Below the pieces are notes generated by a model. The model was not told where the DNA came from, ran no database searches, and saw nothing but the letters and a program-made list of their open reading frames with translations. Positions 49,001-61,597 of a stretch of 64,000 nucleotides of DNA are shown here, piece after piece. Every line of letters starts with the position of its first letter. Within the stretch, counting starts at the first letter, position 1. The DNA lies in assembly GCF_963921235.1 (NCBI RefSeq), contig NC_086106.1, positions 80,166,001 through 80,230,000 on the forward strand, given 5' to 3'. The position numbers and the translations under genes are program-made. The stretch comes from Mobula hypostoma (Eukaryota).

Positions 49001-52000
49001 ACAGGTGAGAAGACAGCTGAAACGTCTCAACCCAAGCAAGGCTGCAGGACCGGATGGAGTCAGTACCAGGGTGCTCAAAGCCTGTGCCCCTCAGCTATGT
49101 GGAGTACTTCACCATGTATTCAACCTGAGCCTGAGGCTCCGGAGGGTTCCTGTACTGTGGAAGATGTCCTGCCTCGTCCCTGTGCCGAAGACGCCGCGCC
49201 CCAGCGGCCTCAGTGACTACAGATCGGTGGCATTGACCTCCCACATCATGAAGACCCTGGAGAGACTTGTTCTGGAGCTGCTCCGGCCTATGGTCAGGCC
49301 ACACTTAGATCCCCTCCAGCTCACCGACCAGCCCCGACTAGGGGTTGAGGGTGTCATCGTCTACCTGCTGAACCGTGTCTATGCCCACCTGGACAAGCCA
49401 CCGAGCACTGTGAGGGTCATGTTTTTTGACTTCTCCAGTGCGTTCAACACCATCCGCCCTGCTCTGCTGGGGGAGAAGCTGACAGCGATGCAGGTGGATG
49501 CTTTCCTGGTGTCGTGGATTCTTGATTACCTGACTGGCAGACCACAGTAGGTGTGCTTGCAACACTGTGTCCGACAGAGTGATCAGCAGCACTGGGGCTC
49601 CACAGGGGACTGTCTTGTTTCTCTTTCTCTTCACCATTTACACCTCAGACTTCAACTACTGCACAGAGTCTTGTCATCTTCAGAAGTTTTCGGATGACTC
49701 TGCCATAGTTGGATGCATCAGCAAGGGAGATGAGGCTGAGTACAGGGCTACGGTAGGCAATTTTGTCACATGGTGTGAGCAGAATTATCTGCAGCTTTAT
49801 GTGAAAAAGGAGCTGGTGGTAGACCTGAGGGGAGCTAAGGTACCGGTGACCCCTGTTTCCATCCAGGAGGTCAGTGTGGACATGGTGGAGGATACGAATT
49901 GACAATAAACTGGACTGGTCAAAGAACACTGAGGCTGTCTACAAGAAGGGTCAGAGCCGTCTCTACTTCCTGAGGAGACTGAGGTCCTTTAACATCTGCC
50001 GGACGATGCTGAGAATGTTCTACGAGTCTGTGGTGGCCAGTGCTATCATGTTTGCTGTCGGGTGCTGGGGCAGCAGGCTGAGGGTAGCAGACACCAACAG
50101 AATCAACAAACTCATTTGTAAGGCCAGTGATGTTGTGGGGATGGAACTGGACTCTCTGATGGTGGTGTCTGAAAAGAGGATGCTGTCTAAGTTGCATGCC
50201 ATCTTGGTCAATGTCTCCCACCCACTACATAATGTACTGGGTGGGCACAGGAGTACATTCAGCCAGAGACTTATTCCACTGAGATGCAGCACAGAGCGTC
50301 ATAGGAAGTCATTCCTGCCTGTGGCCATCAAACTTTACAACTCCTCCCTTGGAGGGTCAGACACCCTGAGCCAATAGGCTGGTCCTGGACTTATTTCATA
50401 ATTTACATATTACTATTTAACTATTTATGGTACTATTACTATTTATTATTTATGGTGCAACTGTAACGAAAACCAATTTCCCCTGGGATCAATAAAGTAT
50501 GACTATGACTATGATATGGCTCCACCATCTCTTGAAACAGCAAGTTCCAGATTTCGGCATCCTCTGCACTGGAGAAAACATTCTTCCTCAGATCCCTTGC
50601 CTCCTATTCCCTTTCTTAAAGATACTGCTACAAGGGGTAAAGTTTTTCCACTAACTTTGCTCCTTAAAATTTATATACCTCAATCAGGTAACTCCGGAGT
50701 CTTCTCTATTCCAGCCTGCCCAGTCACTGATATGAAACATTCTGTCCCAGACAACATCCTGATGAACTTCCCCTGCTCCACTTCAGTATAATGACATCCT
50801 TCTCACTGAGTGGCAACCAGACTGCACAGTACTTCAGCCAAGTACAAGATGTTACAAGATGTTTGGAGATGTTGCTCCTTTTACATTCCCTAATGGCATT
50901 TCAGTAACCCATTTACTTTCCCCTATGCCTATTGGATCTCTCCTGCTTTCAGTTTTCAATAATTTCCTTTCTTTATGCTCCCTATCGTACCCATGGTCAT
51001 CCATGGATTCATTGACTTATTGACCCTACCACAGTGGAAACATATTGGGTTTGAACTATCACTATTTCACTTTTGAATTATTTCCATTGGTCAGACACAG
51101 AATTATCTGCAAGACTAACTGTTCCCAATCTACTTTTGCAAGGTTCTGTTTTATCAGATTGAAATCAGCCTTCCTCAGATGTACCGTGGTCAGCATTCTA
51201 ACTGGCTGCATCACTGTCTGGTATGGGGGCGCTACTGCACAGGATTATAAGACGCTACAGAAAGTTGTAAAGTTAGTCAGCTCCATCATGGGTACTAGCC
51301 TCCGCAGTATCCAAGACATCTTGAAGGAGCGGTGCCTCAGAAAGGCAGCGTCCATTATTAAGGACCTGCAGCACCCAGGACCTGCCCTCTTCTCATTGTT
51401 ACCGTCAGGAAAGAGGTACAGAAGTCTGAAGGCACACACTCAAAGCTTCAGGAACAGCTTCTTCCCCTCTGCCATCCGATTTCCAAATAGACAGTGAACC
51501 CATGAACACTATCCCACTTTTTACAGTCTTTGCTCTACTTTAACTATTTAATTTACACATATTACTGTAATCGATTTATTTTTCCTATATTTATCACGTA
51601 TTGCATTGTATTGCTGCGGCTAATAGATTTCATGACATATGCCGGTGATAATTAAACTCGATTCTGATTCCATTTCAAAACCTTAATTTCCAGTCCATCC
51701 TCTTCTTTTAACGAAACCACATTAAAACCAAAGAGCTATAAAAGTTCAATGCAGTCATTTTTTTTCATAGTTTAAAAAAGTAGAACTCTATTTACTTATA
51801 CTGACCTCTTTACAGCAGAGATCCGCAATAAAAAACGGAACTCCTTCACTCGCGGATGGTTTTCGGATATCCAAAATATTAACACGGTACCCTTTCTCCA
51901 GAAGCTTTGTCACCAGACGTTGGCCCAAAAAGCCGGAGCCCCCGATAACAGTGCATTTGTTGTTCTGCTAACAGGATAGGAAAGATTGATTCTTACCAGC

Positions 52001-52175
52001 TCTTGGCCAAACAGGAGATTGTCATCCAAGATACAAAGGCTCCCCCACGAATGCATAGTTTTCTTCACCAAAACTGTCCCTGCCCTTCCCACTTCATTCA
52101 TTCTATATGAGGCGCATCTCCATTTCCCGGCGCAAACATTGCCAACTGAATACTCACTCGCAAACGTGTAGCCAT
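42726..52175 (-). CDS. NSDHL: Sterol-4-alpha-carboxylate 3-dehydrogenase, decarboxylating (NSDHL); 7 coding exons, 344/345 aa
   Basis: Exons 52175-52158, 51964(or 51967)-51806, 47008-46862, 46774-46646, 45429-45287, 44181-44079 and 43061-42726 join in frame. They give [20 protein letters not shown] (Rossmann fold), [23 protein letters not shown] (YxxxK), [60 protein letters not shown]. Confidence 0.97.
44079..44181 (-). CDS. NSDHL: NSDHL coding exon 6
   Basis: (G)[34 protein letters not shown]; 103 nt; AAG|GTAATG donor. Confidence 0.95.
45287..45429 (-). CDS. NSDHL: NSDHL coding exon 5
   Basis: [47 protein letters not shown](G); 143 nt, phase-2 end. Confidence 0.95.
46646..46774 (-). CDS. 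NSDHL: NSDHL coding exon 4
   Basis: [43 protein letters not shown]; 129 nt; follows an 87-nt intron. Confidence 0.95.
46862..47008 (-). CDS. NSDHL: NSDHL coding exon 3
   Basis: [49 protein letters not shown]; 147 nt, AG/GT flanks. Confidence 0.95.
47635..47840. repeat. Palindromic mini-element derived from Penelope-like termini (82-bp arms, 8-nt loop)
   Basis: 47669-47750 is the reverse complement of 47759-47840 with 6 mismatches by manual alignment; ~34-bp tail on the left. Confidence 0.88.
47850..48169. mobile_element. Tc1/mariner-like transposon terminal remnant
   Basis: ...CATGATTGGCTGATTAGATATTTG...AAGTGGCTACAGAATGTA resembles fish Tc1 termini (from memory). Confidence 0.5.
48597..50514 (+). 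mobile_element. Rex1/Babar-type LINE, 5'-truncated, in NSDHL intron 2
   Basis: [39 protein letters not shown] and KFSDD; 3' AATAAAG + (TATGAC)n tail; only a few lesions. Confidence 0.9.
51178..51670 (+). mobile_element. Rex1/Babar-type LINE 3' fragment
   Basis: [12 protein letters not shown]...[11 protein letters not shown]; same family as 28162-29148. Confidence 0.85.
51806..51964 (-). CDS. NSDHL: NSDHL coding exon 2 (tandem TAGCAG acceptor; alternative start 51967)
   Basis: [36 protein letters not shown]...[10 protein letters not shown]; donor GAG|GTCAGT. Confidence 0.93.
52158..52175 (-). CDS. NSDHL: NSDHL coding exon 1 (MATRLR)
   Basis: gagATGGCTACACGTTTGCGA|GTGAGT: good Kozak context, consensus donor, phase 0 matching exon 2; MATR- resembles fish/bird NSDHL N-termini as I recall them. 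Confidence 0.85.
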
Positions 52176-52199
52176 CTCTCCCGCGGCACAGCACAACGT

Positions 52200-52430
52200 A
52201 CACAGCACTTCACCAAAACTCTCAGCCCACCTGGGACGGAAAGGTATCAGCGCGACCGCAATCCTCATTGGCCCACGGAGGTTCTCTCCCTTCTGATTGG
52301 AAAGCGGCGTGTCGTTGCTCTGGTGACTGGCCTATAAACCAATCAAATTATCGAGTGATCATGGGCCGTGATGACGTAAAACAGCAACCAATTGAAATTG
52401 GGCTGAGCTCCACTCGCCGGTTGTGACCAG
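52200..52430 (-). promoter_or_regulatory. NSDHL proximal promoter: CCAAT-box cluster plus CRE-like site
   Basis: CCAAT/ATTGG at 52267, 52296, 52339, 52388 and 52397; TGACGTAA at 52372-52379; locally CpG-rich; immediately upstream of the ATG exon. Confidence 0.65.
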
Positions 52431-52596
52431 GTTCAATGTTCCCCTGGAACCCATTCACAAGATAAATTGATGCTGAACCTTTATGTTGTGAATAAGCGTC
52501 AAATAAAATCGATTCGTGCATCGATTGTTAAATATTTATAATGGAATGCTAACATTACTGAAACTTACTTTTTTAAAATGTCAGGGACAGTCAAAA

Positions 52597-53028
52597 CAAC
52601 ACACATAAAAGTTGCTGGTGAACGCAGCAGGCCAGGCAGCATCTATAGGAAGAGGCGCAGTCGACGTTTCAGGCCGAGACCCTTCATCAGGACTAACTGA
52701 AGGAAGAGTGAGTAAGGGATTTGAAAGTTGGAGGGGGAGGGGGAGATCCAAAATGATAGGAGAAGACAGGAGGGGGAGGGATAGAGCCGAGAGCTGGACA
52801 GGTGATAGGCAAAAGGGGATACGAGAGGATCATGGGACAGGAGGTCCGGGAAGAAAGACAAGGGGGGGGAACCAGAGGATGGGCAAGAGGTATATTCAGA
52901 GGGACAGAGGGAGAAAAAGGAGAGTGAGAGAAAGAATGTGTGCATAAAAATGAGTAACAGATGGGGTACGAGGGGAGGTGGGGCCTTAGCGGAAGTTAGA
53001 GAAGTCAATGTTCATGCCATCAGGTTGG
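52597..53028 (-). mobile_element. Penelope-like 3' fragment with a 14-bp TSD, just upstream of the NSDHL promoter
   Basis: TSD AGGGACAGTCAAAA at 52583-52596 and 53029-53042; same family as 34794-35724. Confidence 0.88.
52659..52694 (-). ncRNA. Minimal hammerhead ribozyme motif (Penelope-like element)
   Basis: Reverse strand reads AGTC-CTGATGA-AGGGTCTCGGCCT-GAAACGTC-GACT. Confidence 0.6.
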
Positions 53029-54499
53029 AGGGACAGTCAAAAGAAATGTTCGAGGAATATAATTCTGGTTAATAGGCTGTGCGGCGCCTTTGAAATGATT
53101 ACTTTGCGACAGAAGTCAGCTATAATACCAATTAAAAACAGAAAATGCTAGAGGTGAAGATAGAAACATGCTTCTAGTTTTATGTTGAGGATTTTTCAGC
53201 TGATCTCTTTTCAACTGATACAAGCACGAGAATATATCAAGCAAGAGGAACCCACCCAGCCTACTCTGACACTCTGCCATTCAACGATATCATGACTGAT
53301 TGTCCACCTCTCCATTTTCCGACTCCATCCCCAAACTACCAAGCAAAACCCTCTGGCGCCGAGTCTGACAGTTTCGCTCAGAAAGGGTGGAGCTGGGGCG
53401 GGGAGAGGAGAGCGGTGGTGAGAGGGGATTCAATAGTTCGGGGCCAGACAGGAGATTCTATGGACATGAAAGAGACTCTAAGATGCCCAGGATAGGGACG
53501 TCTCAACATTCTTAAGGCAGGGGGTTAGCAGCTAGAGTTCATGGTACATAATGGTACACAATGTTATAAAGAGGAAAAACGAAGAGGTCCTGAAGACTGA
53601 ATAAAAGGAGTTAGGTAGAAAACTGAAAAGCAGCACCTCAAGGTTAGTAACTTCTGGATTCTACCCATAGTGAGGGTAAGACTGGATGATACGGCAGGTA
53701 AATGGGTGACGGCTGAAGAATAGGTGCAGGAGGTAAAGTTTCAGATTTGTAGGTCATTGGGATCTCTTCTGGGGAAGGTATGATCTGTACAAAAGGGACG
53801 AGTTACACTGAACTTAAGGGGGATCAATCTCCTAGCGGGCAGGTTTACGGGAGCTTTTGGGAATGATTTAAACTAGGTTGGCAGGGAGATGGGCACCAAT
53901 GTGATAGATCAGAGGATGAGGCAGTCAGTGTAAAGGTAGATACAGTGGGGAGAGAGACTGTGAGGACGGATAGGCAGCCGCAAGATTAGAGACATTTCAG
54001 AGACTCTTCGATGAGCGCCTCAATGAAAGAAAAATGCAAGCTATACAGAAGGGAAATATTGGACTGATCTTAGAGCAGGTTAAAAAGTCAGTACAATACT
54101 GTCCACTGAAGGGATTGTTCTGTTCTGTACTGTGTGAAGTTCTGTGCTAAAAAGCAATTAATAACAGCCTTCCAAAGACGCACGTGCTCTACAGATACCG
54201 TCCCATTTCAATCTTAAATAACCTACGCATATTTTCAGCTCCAGTACAGTACCAGACTCTCAAGCCTTGGAAACCATCCAACATTTAGCTCTAGAAATGT
54301 TTCTCTCAACGAGTCTGAACGTTCTAACCTATTCAATTTCTCCTAAGGTGACAGGCCCGCCACCTCATCAACCAGGTTGGTGAATATTTACTCCGTAACA
54401 AATACATCTTCTTCAGATAAGTAAATCAAGACTATAATTTTTCAGGTATGGTTTTAGCAAGACTCTACTTGATGTAAATAAGACATCTTTACTCTTGTA

Positions 54500-54988
54500 G
54501 CAATACTTCGAAGGTTGGAAAGACTCAGTGGGTCAGGCAACACCTATAGAGGAAAATAAGCAGTTGACATTTTGGGCTAATACCTTTCATCAGGACTGGA
54601 AAGGAAGTGGGCAGAAACCAGAATAAAAGCGTTTGGCTTGGGGGGGGTGGGGGAAGAGGGGGATGGAGAGTAGCAGGAGATACATGAATCCAGGTGAGAG
54701 AGGGAAGACAGGAGGATGGGGAAAGTGGGGAAAAGGGAATAATATGAGAAACTGGGAGGTGATAGTTGGGGAAGGCAAAGGGTTGAAGAAGGAATCTGAT
54801 AGGAGAGGACAGTAGACTATGGAATAAAAGGGAGGGGTGGGGTGGAGGGACCAGAAGGAAGAAGGAGAAGGCAGGTTGGGTGAGCGGGGCGGGGCTGGGT
54901 GATGCAGAAGGTATAATGGAGCCAGAGATAGAGGCATTTTGTGTGTTTTGCTCTAGATTTCCGGTATCTGCAGTCTCTCCTGTGTCTC
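54500..54988. mobile_element. Older Penelope-like fragment with an inverted terminal piece and a 16-bp TSD
   Basis: TSD CATCTTTACTCTTGTA at 54484-54499 and 54989-55004; minus-strand terminal repeat followed by a plus-strand tail piece. Confidence 0.75.
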
Positions 54989-57639
54989 CATCTTTACTCT
55001 TGTATCTACATGTTCACTTTTAGTGACTGATTTACAAGAGCAGCCTAGTTCTTTTTAACAGCAACATTTTCCAATAGCTCATATTTTCAAAAAAGCTCAG
55101 TTTTTTTTTCTACTCACGTTGATAACTTCTCAACTTTCTATATCATATTCTGAGTGCCATAATTTGGCTCCATGTTGATATTGAGTGTTCCCATTCTAGT
55201 GTCTCTAAGCACCCTCACTTCAGGAGGATTATTCTATATCAATCTATAATTCAAAAAAAATCTAATGTACTTAACTACTTTAGCTTACTTTCTGAAGGGG
55301 ATTAGCTGTCACCATTTCAAGTGGAGGGTCCCAACCAAGGAGGAGAAACAGTAGTCTAGCGGTTAGCGTGACACGATTACAACTCAGGGTGTTCTGGAGT
55401 TCAGAGTTCAATTCCGCTCCCACTTTGGAAGGAATCTCTGTACGTCCGACCCATGATCGCGTGCTCCAGTTTCTTCCCACAGTCCAAAGATGTACCGTGT
55501 AAGTTCATTGGTCATTGCAAACTGCCCTGTAATTGGGTAAGGGTCAATCAGGGTTGTGGGGGCTGCTGGGGCAGCCTGACAAGAAAAGCTGGAAGGGCCT
55601 ACTCTCTGCTGTATCGCTAAATAAACAAACAAATAAATAGACAGATAAACAGATAAAAAATATTCCAGCTAATGAAACAAATTAAATAGATGTTTTAAAT
55701 GGAACTCATTTATTTTGGGGAATAATTCCAACAGATTATAATTCTACAAAGTATTTCCAAACACAAGTATAATTCTTACAAACTAGAAAACCATACCAAT
55801 GAGCTGCAGACAAACAAAATGGCAGCTCTTGGAAGAATTCCTGCTCAGGTCAAGGCTGAGAAGTGATTCTACGTCTTTATCTCTGCAACTCCCCCACCAC
55901 CCCCCGACCCCACTACTGCCTTCTAACATTTAGATGTTTTTTGCCAGTCATCTAGTGACAGCTCACCTGCATGTTATGTTTCCAGAAGTGTTTTGATCTG
56001 ACAGATGTCAGGAGCTGTGGGTGAATGGAAAATGTTCTTATTTTCTGAATAGGCTGCAGTCTCAGTCACGTCAACAATAGGCTCCCTGAGCCTGGACAAT
56101 ATTGCTTCTGAAGGGGTTGGCTAAATAATGCTAGTTAAAAATTAATTATAAACTTCTTGACCTTGAACAGTTTCTTCTATGGAGTTAAAGAAACTGAGTT
56201 TAGCAAAATGCCTCCTGACCCTGGACGTAAATATCCATCAGAGATCATCCACTCAGCTTCTCCATTGCCCTTTGCATCCTCACCACTACTAATATTCCCA
56301 TTTAGTTCCATGTGCTCACCAAAGAGGAATTAGTCAAGGGTTTGCACGATGTGGAAAGATAGAGAGGGATCTGGAAGTATACATATATCCACAAATGCTT
56401 AAAGGTGGCCAGCCAAGTTACTAAGGAGGTTACAGTGTCAAATGCGGTGGTTTCCTTCATCAGCCAAACAAAGTTGAAAAAGTAAGCCTGAATAACAGAA
56501 AGGAGCTCGACTACTTCAGAGATCTGGCCCCGATGCCATGAGAAAGATGGAAGTACACTGGAGAGTGTACAGAGGACATTTAGGATGATATTGCCAGGAT
56601 TATAAAGTTGTAACAGCAAGGAAAGATTGGATAATGTAGCTTTATTTTCTTTGGAATTGTTGAGGCTACAGAGAGACTTAAGCAAGAGTATAAATTTACA
56701 GGGGGCTCAGATAGAGAAGATAGAAAGGACTTGAGTTAATTAGAAAAAAGGGGCAAAGATTTCAATTAATTGGGGAAAGGATCTAAAGTTATGATGGTAA
56801 TGGGTTTGCTGACTGTGAAATTCTAAACTCAGACGAAGTCCTTAAGACCCATCTGATATGGATGGCTATAAGTACCCTCACTAAAGGGAGTAATACCATA
56901 ACTATTCAAACTTCAAAAGCTACTTCTCCACATTGAGTATAGCTACCAATACCCACTTTTTGAGTGAAGGGATCCCCCTCCCTTCCAAGGAGGAGATACT
57001 TCCAGCTAACAAAGTTACACGGTTCCCAGGTACCCATAGTAAATGCTGTGAAGCTGACTCTTTTGAGTATACAAACCTTCCAACTATTTGTAGATCAGCT
57101 ATTGATATGCTAAGTGATAATATCAATCTGGTCAGCAAGCTTCCTTGAACTAAACAGCTTAGCCAGCATTGTCTATTTTGAACAAGCCAAATTAAATAAC
57201 CCATTATTGCAACTCTTCAGCTGTTAGTCCAGGTTCTGTGGGGCCAGTAAATCTGTGCTATGGACAGCACTTGTTTGCAAAGCTGTCATTTTAACTTCAA
57301 ACTGATTACTGATTGCAATTTACATTAAGAATTGAAGACTGACCCCATGTACGACAAGTAGGTAAACAAAGAATATTAGTTGGAAGTTTAACTTACTCAA
57401 GAACCTCATAGATGTTGTTTAAGAGGAGATCTTTGTGGGTGTTTGGGCTCATTCCGGTGGCCCAATCAGCAGCTGTTGCAGGCCACAGTGACGAGGTTTC
57501 TTGCAAGTCAGCAATGCTTGTTTAAAAGGAGAGTTTCGTGGGTGTTCAGGTTTATTTTGACAGTCCAATCATTGGCTGGAGCAGGCTATAGCAACGCGAT
57601 TTCTTGCAGGTCGATAATGCTTGTTTAAAAGTACAGAAG

Positions 57640-60600
57640 GAACATTGTTGGGAGTAGGCCAGTGCTGAAAGTAGGAGTGTCAGGCTTTGGTTCAGCGGAG
57701 GATTTGGCTCTAAAGAGTCTCCCAGGGAACTACTTCTGCATGAAGTGCCTTAAGATACATCTCCTCGAAGACCGTGTTAGGGATCTGGAGCAGCAGCTGG
57801 ATGACCTTCAACTTGTATGAGACAGAGTGAGGAGATAATCAATCAGAGTTACAGGGGAGTAGTCACTTCTAAGTTACAGGAGGTGAATAGCTGAGTGACT
57901 GTCAGGAAAAATGGAAATGTGAATAGCCAGTTAGCACAGAGCACCCCTGTGGCCATCCCCTCAATAGCAGGTATACCATTTTGGATACTGTTGTGGGGGG
58001 TGACCTCCCAGAGGAATGCCACTGGGACCAGGTTACTGGCACTGAGCATGGGTCCATAGTGCAGAAGGAAAAGAGGGAGAAGAGGGGAGCAGTAGTGATA
58101 GGGGACTCCCTAGTCAGGGGAACAGACAGGAGATTCTGTGGACGTAAACAGGACACTCGGATAGTGTGGAGTGAAGGGGCTCAGGATAGGACAGATGGTA
58201 AAAAAGCAAAGATAGCATGCAGTCAGACCATCAGGAAGGGCAGTCAAATGCTAGGACAAAATTACAACCAGTAGGTTGAGTATCAGTGCATTAGGAATAC
58301 GGAATAATCAGGGCAGCAGATACAGTGCTCAAAGTGATGTATCTCAATGCACGGAGTATAAAAAATAAGGCAGATGATCTTGTTGCACTATTACAGATTG
58401 TCTGGTATGATGTTGTGGCCATCACTGAATTGCAGTTGAAGGATAGTTGTAGTTGGGGGCTGAATGTCCAAGCTTATGTCTTGTATCAGAGGGATAGGAA
58501 GGTAGGCAGAGGGAATGGCGCGCTCTGCTGGTGAAGAATGGCATCACAACAGTAGAGACATGTGACATCGGATTGGAAGATGTTGAATCCTTGTGGGTAG
58601 AGTTAAGAAACTGCAAGGGTAAAAGGACCATGATGGCAGTTATATACAGGCCTCCCAACAGTGGCTGAGATGTGGACCACAGATTACAATGGGAAATAGA
58701 AAAGGCGTGTCAAAAGGGTAACGTGATAATAGTCATGGGAGATTTGAACATGCAGGTCGATTGGGAAAATCAGGTTGGTAATGGGTCTCAAGAGAGTGAG
58801 TTTGTTGAATGCCTACCAGATGGCTTTTTAGAGCTGTTTTTCAATGAGCCAACTAGGGGGTCAGCTGTACTGGATTGGGTGTTATGTAATGACCCAGAGG
58901 TGATTAGGGAGCTGAAGGTAACAGAACCCTTAGGAGGCAGTGATCACAATATGATTGAGTTCAACTTGAAATTTGATAATGAGAAAGTAAAGTCTGATGT
59001 AGCAGTATTTCAGTGGGGTAAAGGAAATTACAGTGGTATGAGAGAGGAGTTGGCCAAAGGAGTTGGAAGGAGATGCTGGCAGGGATGACAGCAGAGCAGC
59101 AATGGCATAAGTTTCTGGAAAAAATTAGGAAGGTGTGGGATAGATGTATTCCAAAAACAAAATCGTGCATCCGTAGCTGACAAAGGAAAAAGCTAATGTA
59201 AAAGCAAATGAGAGGACATACAATACAACAAAGCAATAACTAACAGGAAGACAAAGGATTGGGAAGCCTTTAAAAACCTACAAGGAGCTTAAGGTAAAAA
59301 AAACCCTGAGGAGGCAATGAAATCGAGTTCATTTCTAATGATTGAGTTCAGCTTGAGAGTAAGCAAAGTCTGATGTAGCAGTATTTCAGTGGAGTAAATG
59401 AAATTACCATGGTTTGAGAGAGGAGTTGGCCAAAGTAAATTAGAAGGAGATGCCGGCAGAGATGACAGCAGAGCAGCAGTGGCATGAGTTTCTGGGAAAA
59501 ATGAGGAAGGTGCAGGATAGACGCATTCCAAAAACAAAGAAATACTCAAATGGCAAAGTAGCACAACCATGGCTGACGAGGAAGTCAAAGCTAATGTAAA
59601 AGCAAAAGGGAGGGCATACAACAAAGCAAAAACTGGCAGGAAGATAGAAGATTGGGAAGCTTTTAAAAACCTACAGAGAGTAACTAGAAGAATTATTAGG
59701 AGGGAAAGATGAATATGAAAACAAGGTAGCAAACAATATCAAAGTGGATAGTAAAAGCTTTTTCAAGTACATAAAAAATAAGAGAGATGAGAGTGGATAC
59801 AGGACCTTTAGAAAATGAGGCCAGAGAAATAATAACAGGGAACAAGAGATTAACGAGTATTGTAATACTAAATGAGTATTTTGCATCAGTCTTCACTGTG
59901 CAAGATTCTAGCAGTGTGCCAGGTGTTGAAGGGTGTGAGGGAAGAGAAGTGAGTGTAGTTACTATTAAAAGGGAGAAGGTGCTCAAAGCTGAAAGACCCA
60001 AGGGTACATAAGCCATCTGGACCAAATGAACTGCACCCTAGGGTTCTGAAAAAATTAGCGTCTAAGAGACTGTGGAGGCATTAATAATGATCGTTCAAAA
60101 ATCATTGGGCTCTGGCATGGTGCTGGAGGATTGGAAAATTGAAAATGTTACTCCACTCCTTAAGAAAGGAGGAAGGCAGCAGAAAGGAAATTATAAACCA
60201 GTTGGCCTGACCTCAGTGGTTGGGAAAATGTTGGATTCAACTGCTAAGAATAAGGTTATGAAGTACTTGGTGACACAGAACAAGAGAGGACAGTGTCAGC
60301 ACGGTTTCCTTCAGGGAAAATCTTGCTTGATGAACCTTTTCAAATTCCTTGAGGAAATTACAAGTAGGATAGATAAATGTGAGGCAATAGATGTTGTATA
60401 AGGATGTTCAGAAGGCTTTTGACAAGGTGCCACACGTGAGGCTGCTTATCAAGCTAAGAGCCCACGGTATTACAGGAAAGTTACTGGCATGGTTAGAGCA
60501 TTGGCTGATTGGTAGGAGGCAGCGAGTGGGAATAAAAGGATCCATTTCTGGTTGGCTGCCGGTGACTAGTGGTGTTCCGCGGGGGTCAGCGTTGGGACTG

Positions 60601-61597
60601 CTTTTTATGCCGTATGTCAATGATTTTGATGATGGAATAGGTGGCTTTGTTGCCAAGTTTGCAGATGATATGAAGATTGGTGGAGGGGCAGGTAGTGTTG
60701 AGGAAACAGGTAGGCTGCAGAAGGACTTAGACAGATTAGGAGAATGGGCAAGAATGTGGCAAATGAAATAAAATGTTAGAAAATGCATGGTCATGCACTT
60801 TGGTAGTAAAAATAAATGTGCAGACTATCTTCTAAACGGGGAGAAAATCCAAAAATCTGAGATGCAAAGGGACTTGGGAGTCCTTGTGCAGAACACCCTA
60901 AAGGTTAACTTTCAGGTAGAGTTAATGTTGAGGAGGGTAAATGCAATGTTAGCATTCATTTCAAGAGGTGTAGAAAACAAGAGCAGGGATGTAATGCTGA
61001 GGCTTTATAAGGCACTGGTGAGGCCTCACCTTGAGTATTGCGAACAGTTTCGGGTTCATCATCTAAGAAAAGATGTGCTGGCATTGGAGAGGATCCAGAG
61101 GAGGTTCACAAGGATGATTCTGAGAATGAAAGGCTTATGACACGAGGAACGATTGATAGCTCTGAATCTGTACATGCTGAAATTTAGAAGGATGAGAGGG
61201 GGATCTCATTGAAACTTTCTGAATGTTGAAAGGCCGAGACAGAGTAGATGTGGAAAAGATATTTCCCATTGTTGGGAGAGGCTAGGACAAGAGGGCACAG
61301 CCTCAGGATAGAGGGGCATCCATTCGAAATAGAGATGCAGAGAAATTTCTTTAGCCAGAGGGTGCTGAATTTGCGGAATTTTTTTTACCACAGGAAACTG
61401 TTGGGGGGGGGCATGTCATTGGGTGTATTTGAGGCAGAGCTTAATAGGTTCTTGATTGGATGGTATCAGAGGTTACGGGGAGAAGGCTGGGGAGTGGCGC
61501 TGAGGACGGGAAAAAGGATCAACCATGATTGAATGGCAGAGCAGACTCGATAGGCCAAATTGCCTAATTCTGCTCCTATGTCTTATGGTCTTATGTT
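57640..61597 (+). mobile_element. Near full-length degenerate CR1-clade LINE
   Basis: ORF1 esterase-like VVIGDSLVRG; APE motifs YLNARS, ITE, GDLN, SDHN; RT motifs KAFDKV, SGVPRGS, FADD; 3' end AATTCTGCTCCTATGTCTTATGGTCTTATG. Confidence 0.92.

Noticed and set aside
48597-49550. 317-aa ORF as a host gene
   Set aside because: It is part of a Rex1/Babar RT, truncated by a stop before the FSDD motif.
51965-52203. ORF 51910..52203 with a CTG|GTAAGA donor at 51996 as NSDHL exon 1
   Set aside because: It would need a 29-32-nt intron, too short for vertebrates. The MATRLR|GTGAGT exon at 52175-52158 fits better.
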